This document shows positions 52,627-64,000 of a DNA stretch of 64,000 nucleotides, one piece after another. The notes under the pieces are model-generated. The model had not been told where the DNA came from, did no database searches, and was given only the letters and a program-made list of their open reading frames with translations. Source of the stretch: Chiloscyllium plagiosum (Eukaryota); NCBI RefSeq assembly GCF_004010195.1, contig NC_057718.1:4595021-4659020 (forward strand), given 5' to 3'. Made by a program: the position numbers and the translations under genes. Numbering within the stretch: position 1 is the stretch's first letter; the number at the start of each line of letters is the position of its first letter.

Positions 52627-53479
52627 CAAGCAAGTGATACGATTGGGATTTTGTGGTGAGTATCTGACACACACCCACTCCCCTTCCCTTCAGTGCAGTG
52701 CAAACTGAAAAGCTGAAGCAACAGATAGGATCTTTCCAATCTGTGTCTATTTGGTTGATCTCTTTTCTGTGATATTTCATGGGAGTGTAATTGTCCAGAA
52801 AAAAAGAATCTGTGAGCAATGATTTTAATGATCAGCGTCAAACTTCCATGTTTAAAATTTAATCGGAGCCTGGCAGTTTACTGTCAATCCTTATTATCCA
52901 AGGTAGCAATTTTACCAATCAGAATCCACTTGTCAATCAATCGGCACTCTCATCTCATACAGTGTAAATGTTGTTCCCTTTTTACTGTCAGTATTCTTAT
53001 GAGTTGTCCTGATGAATGCAACGTGAAAACCTATGTCACATGCTCTTTGTCCAGCAATACTAACTTGTATTTATTAATTGATTGATTGGAATTTAAATTC
53101 CAAGCAGCTCTTGTGGTAGGATTTGGCGTCCATGTCACCAGGGCATTCAGCTGAGCCTCTGAATTACTCCTTCAGTGAGATTACTGCTGTAATATTGCCC
53201 ATACATTGGAAAGTGAACCACAAGATATAGGAGCAGAATTAGGCCACTGCTCTGCCATTTGATCATGTCTGATATGTTTCTCAGCCCATTCTGCTTGTAA
53301 TTCTCTGTGTAATTCTTGATCCCCTTACGAATCAAGATCTATTTATCTCTGTCTTAAATAGACTCTACAGCCCTCTGCAGCAATCACTTCCACAGATTTA
53401 CCATCCCTCTGGCTGAAGCAATCCCTCCTCATCTCAGTTCTAAAGGGTTGTCCCTTCACTCTGTGACTGTGCCCTCCTA

Positions 53480-55000
53480 AAACATAGAACAGTACATGCA
53501 GGGACAAGCCCATCATGCCGACTATGATGTTCTAGTCTAATCCGATCTGCCTGCCCATGGTCTATATCCCTCTATTCCCTGTCTGCTCATGTCTCTGTCT
53601 GTTCAACGCTGCTATCTGCTTCTACCATCTCCCCTGGCAGCTTCTGTGTTTACCACACATTTTGTTTACACTCCCCCTCCCCCCACCCTAAACTTCCTAG
53701 TATTTGACACGATTCCCACACGATCCAACCGCTTCATAATTTTATTTACTTCAATCAGGTCACCCATTCAGCCTCTGACTCTCCGAGTTTGTCCATCCTC
53801 TCCTGTATAGCTAATACTCTCCAAGGCAGACAATATCCTGGTAAACCTCTTCGCACCCTCATCAAAACCTCTACATCCTTCCTATAGTGTAACGACCCGA
53901 ACTGCACGCAATACTCCAAGCATGGCCTGACCAAAGCCTTATACAGTTGCAACATGACATGCCAACTTTTATACTCAGTGCCCCAGTGATGAAGACAAGC
54001 ATGCAATATGCCTTCTTCACCACCTTATCCCCTTGTGTTGCCACTTTCAGGCAGGTAAGAATCTGCACCCAAAGATCCCTCTGCATATCAATGCTCCAAA
54101 GGGTCTGGATATTTACTGTTTGCTTTCCTCTTGCATTTGACCTTAGCAAATGCATCACCTCACACTTGTCTGGATTAAATTCCATCTGCCATTTCTCCAC
54201 CCAACTTCCCAGTTGATCTATATTCTGCTGTATCTTTCAATATCCTTCCTCTCTATCCACACCTCCATCTATTTCCTGCTAGTGGAAACATCTTCTCCAT
54301 GTCTACTGCATCCAGGCCGCTCAGTGTTCTGTAAGTTTCAGTCAAATCCTCCCTCATATTTCTAAATTCCATTGAGCATAGACCCAGAGTCCTTACCCAC
54401 TTGCCATATCCTTGGGATTGTTGTTGGAGGCAGTCCAGAGGATATTTACAAGGCCAGAGGTATCATCCTTAGACATGGGCCCAAAACTGCTCACACTATG
54501 CCTGATGCAATCTGACCAGAGCCTCATACAGCCTCAGCTGTCCATCTCTGCTCTTGTATTCTAGCCTTCTTTAAATAAATGCTAACATTGCATTTGCTTT
54601 TCTAACTGCCACCTGAACCTCGATGTTAACCTTAAAAGAATCCTGAACTAGGACTCCTAAGTGCCTCTGTACTTAAGATTTCCACAGACTTTCCCTGTTT
54701 AGAAAGTAGTCTATGCTTATATTCTTTCTACCAAAGTGCATAACGTCACACTTTCCCACACTGTATTCCATCTGCTACTTTTTTACCCACCCTCCGAGCT
54801 TGTCCAAGTCCTTTTGCATCCTGCCCACTTCTTAAACACTATCTGCTCCTCCACCTATCTCTGTATCCTCTACAAACTTAGCAACAATGCCCTCGGTTCC
54901 TGCATCCAAAACATTAACATATAGCGTGAATAGTTGTTATCCCAACACTGATTCTTGCGGAACTGCCCTCGTCGTCGGTTGCCACTTTACCCCACTCTCT
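53480..55000 (-). mobile_element. Two CR1 LINE 3' fragments
   Basis: MLQLYKALVRPCLEYCVQF; KWQMEFNPDKCEVMH. Confidence 0.85.
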
Positions 55001-55157
55001 GCCTCAGCCAATCAATTCCATGGTTCAGGCTGTTTGTTCCCTGTGTGATAGTTTCCCAATTTCTGTGCAACCTAAAAAGAACATTGATGCCAGTTAACCC
55101 CCAGGTGTTGTCCGTGCATGAAATGGAGTGACTATTAAATTGTGTTTTCTTTGCCAG

Positions 55158-55207
55158 GTTCCTCCTGTGTAACTATCACTGAAGACTCTGTTGGTTTAAA
55201 GGTGTGA
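55158..55207 (+). other. Probable downstream exon of the B7-like gene (3' UTR or cytoplasmic tail)
   Basis: Strong acceptor tgtgttttctttgccag| in non-repetitive DNA; phase-1 reading (G)SSCVTITEDSVGLKV*. Confidence 0.5.
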
Positions 55208-57919
55208 ACACAAGACAAGCTGGACTGGGTGAAAAGGACTTTGTTTCCACCCTGTACCAAATGAGGACTCCTCTTCTTTCCTATTAGAAGATACCAGAAC
55301 CAACTGAGTTCCAGTGTTAAACCTTCCTGAGTGCAGGTGTTACAGCGTTCTGCTCCACACAGGCTGTCATGCAGTCAGAAAGGAACAAAAAGACTGGTGC
55401 TATTTTAATGGGTTTGTTTTTTTGCACTTTACAGTGTGGTCCTTGCGCTGTGTGTCAAGAGTTCAATGATGTATTGCTGCAAAAGAAAAAAAACTGACTT
55501 TTACAATCAGGGATTTTGCAGGTCGAGAGTATAATTTAACCGGTCAATTCTCACTTTCTATCTAGCATGTTGTATAGCAATGGCTTTACTTTTTTTCCTT
55601 TTAAGCAACAGTTGTTAAGTACACTGATGAAAGTCTGTTTTATAGCATTGAGTAACCCACTTCCAAGGAGCCATGAACCGATTTCACTGGATTCTGGTCA
55701 GATTACTTCATGCCCTGAGGAAGGTTAAACTGGTACGATGATAAATCTTTAGAACTAATCCAAGCAAATCCATTAAGACGTTGCTGTTTTGTCCAAGTCT
55801 ATATTGTGGAGATGGGCCGGTCCCATGATGCCAGCAAGAAAGCAGTTGTGGGGTGATCACTTCTCCTTGCAATTGTTACACTTTCCATCAATCTCACTTC
55901 AATCCCATCTGCAGAGTGTTTGTGTTTTTGGAGTTTAATTGTCAGGCAGCCTGTAGTTTTTCCTGGTTGATCTGCCTCACCTTTTATTTTGCAACCATTT
56001 GGGAGTGAGAATTCTTGTGAACTTTCTTCATACGGGTATAATCTGACTCCGCATTCACAGATTATGTCACACAAGCTGCAAGCACCACGACATTAGTCCC
56101 TCTCATGTTGTGATGAGCTAAATTGCTTGGAGATTTCTAGACAGGAGGAGGCCATTTATCCCATGCTATTTAGAGTCAGTTTTGTAGCCCATTGTAAAAC
56201 TAAATCCAACTGCCCTCCTCTCTATCCACATACCCCTGTACCTAACCTTGCTTCTAATATTTATCCAGATCTCCTTTTTATTTAAAAAAAAAAGTTATTT
56301 CCTATAACACTGTACCAACTCCTGAAACAACTAACCTTTTCCACCATCTATGATTAATATAATTAATCACTGGCGCTCCAGCCAGCGGAAACTATCTTTC
56401 CCCTGTTGCCTTATTAAAATAATTTTTAAAACACTTATATTAGATAATCTGTTGACACTTCATTGAAAGCAGTGTGTGTATAGGAACAGGAGTAGGTCAT
56501 TGATCCCCCTTGAGCTGTTCCATCAATCGAGACGGTCCTGGTTGATCAATAATGATAAAAACAAGTTAGATTTGGTGTTCCTTGAGTTTAAAAGATTAAA
56601 TTGTGATCTAATTGGCTGCTCAAGATTATTAAAAGTTATAGGGCATAGACAGAGAAATCCTATTTCCTCATAGAGGTCCAGAGCAAAATACCAGCAGGTT
56701 GTTCAAGGCTGATTGTAGGAAGCACGTCTTCACACATAGGTTGTTGGAAACCTGGAGCATCTTCTCAAAACGCTCTGAGGCTTAGAGTCAGTTCAAAATT
56801 TCAGGTTTGTTGTTATGGTTTCCAGAAACAAGGTGGTCAGCTGACATTAAGATACAGCTCAGTGAGAATTGCATTAGGAATAAAGGATCAGGAATATGCC
56901 ATTGAGGTCTCTGGTGTCTGTTTGCCTGGATGATTTGGTGATGGTCAGTCTGTGCCCTAACTACATTTACTTGCCATTGTCCACATCCCTTAATGTATCT
57001 GATGAACAAGAATGAGAAAATTATGTAGTCTTTTTTAAACTGAGTGAAAAATGTGTACCTGAAGTCTCTCCCTCCAACAATGATTGCCTGTGGTTTCTGG
57101 GAATAACACTCCCCACCACTTTAATAATCTGTAATGACATCCCCCAAGACCAAAGACTGAGTTTGTGCTGTGACCTATCAAATTTCTCACCAGGTTAAGA
57201 AAATTCAGTATTAATTCTTGAGATGTGGGTGTGACTGACAGGGCAGCTAGTTACTGCCATCCCCTATTAGCCTAAGGTAGTGGTGATGGTATTAGAGTAC
57301 TTGGACAGTTCAGAACATCGGAACAGTTTGCCAACCTATTTCAGAGGGCAGTTTGAGTCAACTGCGGATGGGCAGATTGTGAAAGGATGCCAGGTTTCCT
57401 TCTCTAAAGCGCACAAATAGATTGGTCAGCTTTTCTGATTATCTAAAGTTTCAGCATCACTTTTACTGATATATCTCCTTTTTATTTATTGATTTAGTTT
57501 GAAAATAAAATCATCTTTCCGTGTTGGGATTTCAGCTTTTGTTTTCTGCGTTGGCAGTCGAATACCTAACCACACTGCTAATTTTATAGTCCCAGATTTT
57601 GTTGCCTCCTGTTCTGCCTTATCCATCAGCCCTAACTCTTTCAGCACCTTAAGCATTTCTGCATCTGTATCTCTTTGTGCCACTCCTACTGCTGTTATCT
57701 TGTGTTCCCTCTCACTCAATACTTAGACACAATGGTATATTCCCTCATGCCTCTGCACTTCTGTATATGTCTTCCCATTCCATGTCTTCCTGAAATCTTC
57801 TATAGCCTACCTCACTGTTTTTAACAAGCCTCTTACTTTTGTGCCATCACTGAATTTTGAGGTGAGGTTCCATACTCTCATCCAAATAATCACCTGCATA
57901 AAGAATGATCTTACATTTA

Positions 57920-58220
57920 CAGCTGTTGGCCATGGCTCAGTGGGTAGCCTGTTCCCTGTGTGTGTGAGAGAGAGAGAGAGAAAGATTTTAGCTTCAAATC
58001 CAATGATGAGGACATCTCTGAAGCTAATGCTGGAGTGCAGTACTGAGGGAGCACTGTATGGTCAAAGGTGCTAATTCTTAAGATATTTATTAAACTGAAG
58101 CCCTAAATTCCCTCTGGAGGTATAAGATTGATAATATTGATTACACGTTGAAAGAATGTAATTGGCTATGAAGTAATTTGCGATGTTATGGGCCCTTAAT
58201 AGCACTATACAAATGCAGTT
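57920..58220 (+). mobile_element. SacSINE1-like SINE remnant
   Basis: GCCATGGCTCAGTGGGTAGC head; GTGCAGTACTGAGGGAGCACTG; AATTGGCTATGAAG tail. Confidence 0.6.
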
Positions 58221-59634
58221 TTTTGAGGAAAACAGGTAAACTCAGCACTGACTGGTTGGTGTACCACTTTCAATCCAACATCTACTGAAGGTCAATGCAA
58301 TAACATGGATCTTTCTTCATTGCTTAAAGGTTGAGTTCACGAATCATGTTTACAATTTAAATTTAACCACTCAATTCCACTTGATGTTATTTTTATCGGG
58401 AGTGAGTGGCTGATAACTCTTATTGCTGTGTTATGTGGGGGTATGTCTTACAGCTGGGAACGGCAGCAGAACATTGGGAGTGTAACAAACAGGATGCACT
58501 GAGCTTCAGACAGGGAGTTGCTCCTTGCAGAATTTACCCAATGGAAGACTGCACACATTTCAGCAGCAGCTTCCAGTTGAATGCAAACTTGCCCCTCAAT
58601 CCCTTTTTAAAAAGAAACGCACCCTGGCCAAAATATCTATGACTGACTCATTGTGTTAAATGCACAGTTTTTACACTTGATAGTTTACTAATTGCTTCGG
58701 CTCAGTTCCAGCTTCAAACTTAACGCTTTTTAGTTTAGTCACCAAAGTCCAGATATTGTCAGTTTCCCAGGTCAAGTGGTTCAAGCTGCAAACAAAAGTT
58801 ATCAGTTAGGAGACCTCGGGCGCCTGGTCATTTGGTTGTTTGCTCAGGTGAAGCTATCAGAAAAATGTCTGATATTGACCTTCATTATTGTACATACTTG
58901 TTTTAATGTCCGTTGTTAATGCTCATTATAACGTCTATAAAAATGAAAAATTCTGCAAAAGCCTGGAGTGACTGGAATATTCTCACTGTGATTGACCCTG
59001 TGTTCCTGATTGGGTTGTTAACTGGAAAGGCACATTCTGGAAGGTTCCATTCTGATGCCTCCCTCCTCCAGCCACCCTGTGCCCTACTGTTCACTGTTCC
59101 ATCATTGAGACATGTTTTGTTGATCCTCAGTTTGGCTTATCTTTCACCCATTCAATTGGAAAATGATCAAACTCTCAAAGTTGAATGACAGTCAAAAATC
59201 ATTCAAACAACTTTTTAAGCCATCTCTCTTTTTAACTATTCATGAGCATTCCAAACAAACAATATTTTTTTTTGGAAAAAATGCCTGTGATTTTCCTGGG
59301 TTTTGCTTGTGGTGTTCTGCTGGAAATCTTTAATCCCCAAAAAAGAAAATTTGCTGTGGTCACCTTACCCTGGTCCCTGTGTTTGACAAGTGCTGTCATT
59401 GCCTCTGCAGCTCCTGCTGAGGTCCCATTAACACAGATGGCAATTGTCAGCCAGTTCACTCAATGTGATGATAAGGCAGAGGTCTCTGACATTGTCATTT
59501 GTACTATTCAGAGCGTGCTCCAGGACCGGCTGAGCTCTACCCAAGCACAACAGCATTGACTAAGTGAAAATTGCTCAGGTGTGTCCTCAGCAAAGCAGGA
59601 GAATATCCAGTTCAGCCAATCTTGATCATCAGGC

Positions 59635-59930
59635 AGTATGGTGGCTCAATGGTTAGCACTGCTGCCTCACAATACCAGGGACCTGGTTCAATTCCACTAT
59701 CAGTCTGTGTAGACTTTGCACATTTTCCCTGTATCTGCATGGGTTTCCTCTGGATGCTCTGGTTTCCCCCCCACAATGATGTCCATAGTGTCCAGGAATA
59801 CGTAAATTAGGTGGGTTAGCCATGGGAAATACATGGTTACAGGGATAGCACAGCAGTATATGTATGGGTGGGAGGGTCAATGTGGACATGATGGGCCAAA
59901 TGGCCTGCTTCCACACTGTAGAGATTCTAG
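59635..59930 (+). mobile_element. HE1-type SINE
   Basis: GTGGCTCAATGGTTAGCACTGCTGCCTCAC...CACACTGTAGAGATTCTA. Confidence 0.85.
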
Positions 59931-60129
59931 AAATGTTCCCAATGATGGGGTTCACTGACAGTGCTACAAAGCAACATTAAATCATCAGTAAGCTGTAGGT
60001 CACAGTCAGTTTGGTTTCCATCTGAATCACTTGATATCAGATCTCACGACAGCCTTTTTCAAAACACAAATAAGCTGAACTTGAGACATACCTTAGAGTG
60101 ATTATCAAGGGAATATTTCAGCCAGTGTG

Positions 60130-60900
60130 GCATCAAGGAACCATAGAAAAACTGGACTCAATGGAAATCAGAGGGCAAACTCTGTGGTTGGCATCATACC
60201 TGGTACCTAAGAAGGTGGATGGGGTTGCTGGAGGTCAGTTATCTTAGTTCCAGGATGCCTCTGCAGGAGTTCCTCAGGTTAGTGATGTAGGCCCAACCAT
60301 CTTCACACTTCCCTACATTGGTATGGTAGAATTGGCATCATGCAACTATTAGGGCACAATGTTCAGGACAATTTGCAGCTCTTAAGATGCTGGAGCAATT
60401 AAGATTGGCTGTGTAACAGGATATGGATAATAGCCAGGCTTCAGCTGTTAGATGACATGTAACCTTCCTGTCATAGCTGGCAATGACCAGATCTGCAACT
60501 GATCCAGCCTCATAAACACAATGGTTCCAAGATCTGGAATTGGAAATTCTGCTGCAGGTAACTCACCACCTGACTCCCCAAAGCCTGTCCAAAACCAACA
60601 AGACACTAGAGAGAATAGTGATGGAATACCCCTCGTTGCCTGGATGGATGCAGCTCCAAAACTATTCATGAAGCTTAATTTGACACCTTTTAGGATCAAG
60701 CATCACAGTTTCTTGAACACCTTGCACACTCAGTCCATCCACACCAAACAGATGCACAATGACAGCAGTGTGTGTGATTTATAAGACACACTGCAACAGC
60801 TCGTCAAGCTGCCTTCAACAATGGTCCAGACCCACAACCCCAGCCAGCCAGAAGGGCATGGGCAGTGAATGTGTCGGAATACAAAAAGTTCCAAATGCCT
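60130..60900 (+). mobile_element. CR1/L2-group LINE RT fragment
   Basis: GCAGGAGTTCCTCAGGTTAGTGATGTAGGCCCAACCATCTTC, homologous to 32515-32560. Confidence 0.7.
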
Positions 60901-60929
60901 CCAAATCTGACACTAAGCTGATATCAAGT

Positions 60930-61350
60930 CATAGAGAGATACAGCATGGAAACAGACCATTTGGTCCAACTTATGCACACTGACCAGATATCCTAACCTA
61001 ATCTAGTCCCATTTGCCAGCATTTGGCCCCTATCCCTCTAAAATCTTTCTATTCATATACCCATCCAGATGCTTTTTAAATGCTGTTATTGTACCAGCTT
61101 CCACCACTTCATCTGGCAGCTTATTCCACACACACACACACCACCCTCTGCATGAAAAAGTTGCCCCTAAGGTCCCTTTTATATCATTACCCTCTCACCC
61201 TGAACCTATACCCTCTAGTTCTGGAGTCCCCCACCCCAGGAAAAAAAACGTCTTTATCCTATCCATGCCCCTCATGATTTTATAAACCTCTATAAGGTCA
61301 CCCCTCCACTTCCAATGCTCCAGGAATAATAGCCCCAATCTATTCAGTCT
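60930..61350 (-). mobile_element. CR1 LINE 3' end
   Basis: Near reverse complement of 6320-6730. Confidence 0.88.
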
Positions 61351-63144
61351 CTCTCACAACCTTGTAACTGCAATCCTGGTGTGCTCCTTATATATATAAA
61401 TAAATTACCTCGACTCCAGTATAAGGGGCAGCTAAATAAAGTTTAAAGACAATACAGAAGTGAATAGTTGATAAGGCTAGTCACAGACATCAGTCTAGCT
61501 GAGACCAATTGGTAAATTGGGCAAATTAAGGTTAATTAGAAATACAGGACACTAAAAGTGACTTGACTTTGAAAAGTGTTGAACAGAAACATCTTGACAT
61601 CCATTTACACAAAGCCTTAAAATAGTGGCACTTTAAGTTGATTGGGCGGTTATATGATTAAAAACACTTGAATCATTTGTGTTTGGGAAGTGAGTAATGG
61701 AATCTTCTAAAACACTGGTTAAGTGTTAACCAGAGCATTGTGGACAGTTGCGGGCACTACTTTGGGAAAGAAGTAGAAATAGTACAGGTTGAGGAGAATT
61801 TGGAAACATTAGTCCTGTTCTTGGAATGGAGAAGATTAAAAGTTGACTGAGTTGAGGTCTTTGACATGATGAAAGGTTATGATGGAGAATAATTACTATC
61901 TCTGGTAAGTGGGTCAAGAACCAAGATCATTGAGGAAAGCACGGAGATGGAATTGAAATGTTTTCACTCAGTGTTCCATTCCCAATAACTATCTGAAAAT
62001 ATGTTGGGAGCTGACTCCATAAATAAGTTTTGAAAATGAATTGTACAGACATTTGAAGATGAGGGTCTCACAGGAAATAACAATGAGGGTGTGAGTCTAA
62101 ACACCATGGTTCTTTCAAAGACCTGGCATAGGAAAATGGGTTGAATGGCCTCTTGTTGTACTGAGTTTCTATAGTTCTAATTTTAATTAAGCTCTTCAAA
62201 TGAGTGAACTATCCAAAGATGATTCACAGGAGTATTATCAGATAAAAGATGACTTGCAAGTGCACTTGATTAAAAGAGGAACATTTAGTATGCATCATTT
62301 TTGACACTATTAAAACAATCATGTTAGTAATGTAAAATATAGTTTATTTTTCATTGTAACTTAAAGAGATGGTGTTTAAATTTATTCTAATAACTGTTTG
62401 GTGATCTGCAGTGGTTAATTTGTTTCCTGATATAATAGGACAGTCAAACAGAGGAGGTCAGGCTTTAGGCGACATTAATATGAGTCTCAAGTAAAGGTGA
62501 AATACTGTGGATGTTGGAAATTTTGAAATAAAGATAGAAAGTTTGCACAAAACTACTAGTTAAATCTCTAATCCCATTATAAATAACCACTTACACGTGC
62601 ACACACACAAAATAAAACATGGATTTCATGGGAGGGAAAACTGAGAAAGCATTTCAATGATTTCTGTTCACATGATCTGCTGAGATGGTTCTTGCGCTGA
62701 TCATAATGCTGCATATCCGTGTTTATTCTGCAGATGTTTTCACTGGTTTGTAGGATATGCAGTGGCTGGTTCACCCTTAAAATGACTATGACTTATTAAA
62801 AATCACAGCTTACAGCAAATGCTGGAGGAAAAATAATTTTGCAGTAAAAGCTCATTTAAGCCTGAAGAAAGCAGGGAACACAGAGCGCCTGAGCTACTTG
62901 AAATCTAAAACCTTCTCTCCGTCTAGTTCACAGTCCCAAGCTGTTCAGCGATCTGAAAACCAATCATAAAAGTTGTTGGCAGGCAGAAGGCTTTTGCCAT
63001 CATTATCTGGTCCCTAGTTCACAGACCTCTAAGGTATTGTTACTGACCAAAGCTCCATTTGTACACAAACCTTTGGCTCCACCTCATCTGCAAACTACAC
63101 TTCTGCTGGAACCAGCAGCAATGTAAACATTGTTGACAATGAGT

Positions 63145-63302
63145 TGAGAGTATGGTGCTGGAAAAGCTAGGCAGGTCAGGCAGCATCCGAGGAGCAGGAG
63201 AATCAACGTTTTGGGCAAAAGCCCTTCAGCCTGACTGGCTGTGCTTTTCCAGCACCACACTCAACTCTGATCGCCAGCAGCTGCAATCCTCACTTGCTCC
63301 TA
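63145..63302. mobile_element. Inverted pair of Penelope-type termini with 16-bp TSD
   Basis: ATTGTTGACAATGAGT (63129-63144) / ATTGTTCACAATGAGT (63303-63318) flank the insert. Confidence 0.8.
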
Positions 63303-64000
63303 ATTGTTCACAATGAGTGTCAGCTTGCTTGCTGTCCAGCCATGCAGCAGTCCTTGGTTAAAAAACAGCTCTTTTGTTATTTAAATCCGTAATTTAAATA
63401 GACTAAAAGGAAACCTTAGAATTTTCTCAGTGTATTAGAAATGTGCAGATTTCGAACTAAGCATGTGTAATTACACAGAGGTGCACTTTCTCATGTACTC
63501 CTTTCCAGGGGAGTACTGTATTTGCTCCTGATTTCAAGTCCACTTTCTTCAAAAAATGCTCCAAAAGTTTTCAACCTCCATGTTTTATAAGCAAAATCAA
63601 TCCTAGATTAGTCTAATCCAAAAGCAAGCCAATGCTTTCAATGCCTCTGTTCCAGACCCCACCGTATAAAGAGTCTTCCAATAAATCCAATGGGTTTGCA
63701 CTCACCTGCTCTCTCATACAAACCAGATTATATCACTCTTCCAGAAAGTGCTCTCTAATCATTTCTCATTTGTTACAATACTAACTGATACCAAAGTAAA
63801 GTCATCCAAAGAGGTCCACGGAGCTGCTTTCTCGTGAGAGAAAGATGACCGATGGTGGTTTGACCAAGCATTGCTCCACCTCACTCAAGGGGAAAAGTTG
63901 AGAAGGTGAGACTTTTGTGTTAGCCTCAGCTGGATCAGGAACTGAACCTACTGTGTTGGCATTACATTTAAAATTGAAAAGTGTGGCACTCGAAAAGCAC

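Noticed and set aside
57486..57719. Protein-like minus-strand ORF (AEMLKVLKELGLMDKAEQEA)
   Set aside because: Adjacent sequence looks like a degenerate CR1 RT remnant; no clear splice sites or known domain
58913..59559. Plus-strand ORFs of 91 and 105 aa
   Set aside because: No recognisable domain or exon boundaries; probably non-coding unique DNA
55500..64000. B30.2/PRY-SPRY exon expected for a classical butyrophilin
   Set aside because: No long ORF or LDP.TA/WEVE motifs seen downstream of the TM exon within this window

Overview
Repeat-rich vertebrate genomic DNA. The HE1-type SINEs, SacSINE1-like SINEs, CR1 LINEs and Penelope termini indicate a cartilaginous fish, most likely a shark (inference). 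Most of the window is nested transposon debris: two near-full-length CR1 LINEs, plus L2, Rex/Babar, a second CR1/L2-group LINE, Penelope-like fragments with hammerhead-ribozyme cores, solo-LTR-like elements and a Tigger-type MITE. One protein-coding gene can be rebuilt by hand on the + strand, a B7/butyrophilin-family Ig receptor that by eye resembles VTCN1/B7-H4. It has a TATA promoter and non-coding exon 1 (~23473-23548), then a signal-peptide exon (24698-24756), IgV exon (44423-44770), IgC exon (50085-50366) and TM exon (52532-52655), with probable 3' exons at 55158 and 55435. Its IgV lacks the canonical F-strand cysteine. The frame stops right after the TM helix (260 aa), although a 1-nt shift would open a spliced Cys-rich cytoplasmic tail. 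A CpG-island promoter and first exon of a divergent minus-strand gene lie near 2.9-3.1 kb. Repeat boundaries are approximate and family names are by-eye recognition, not database hits.
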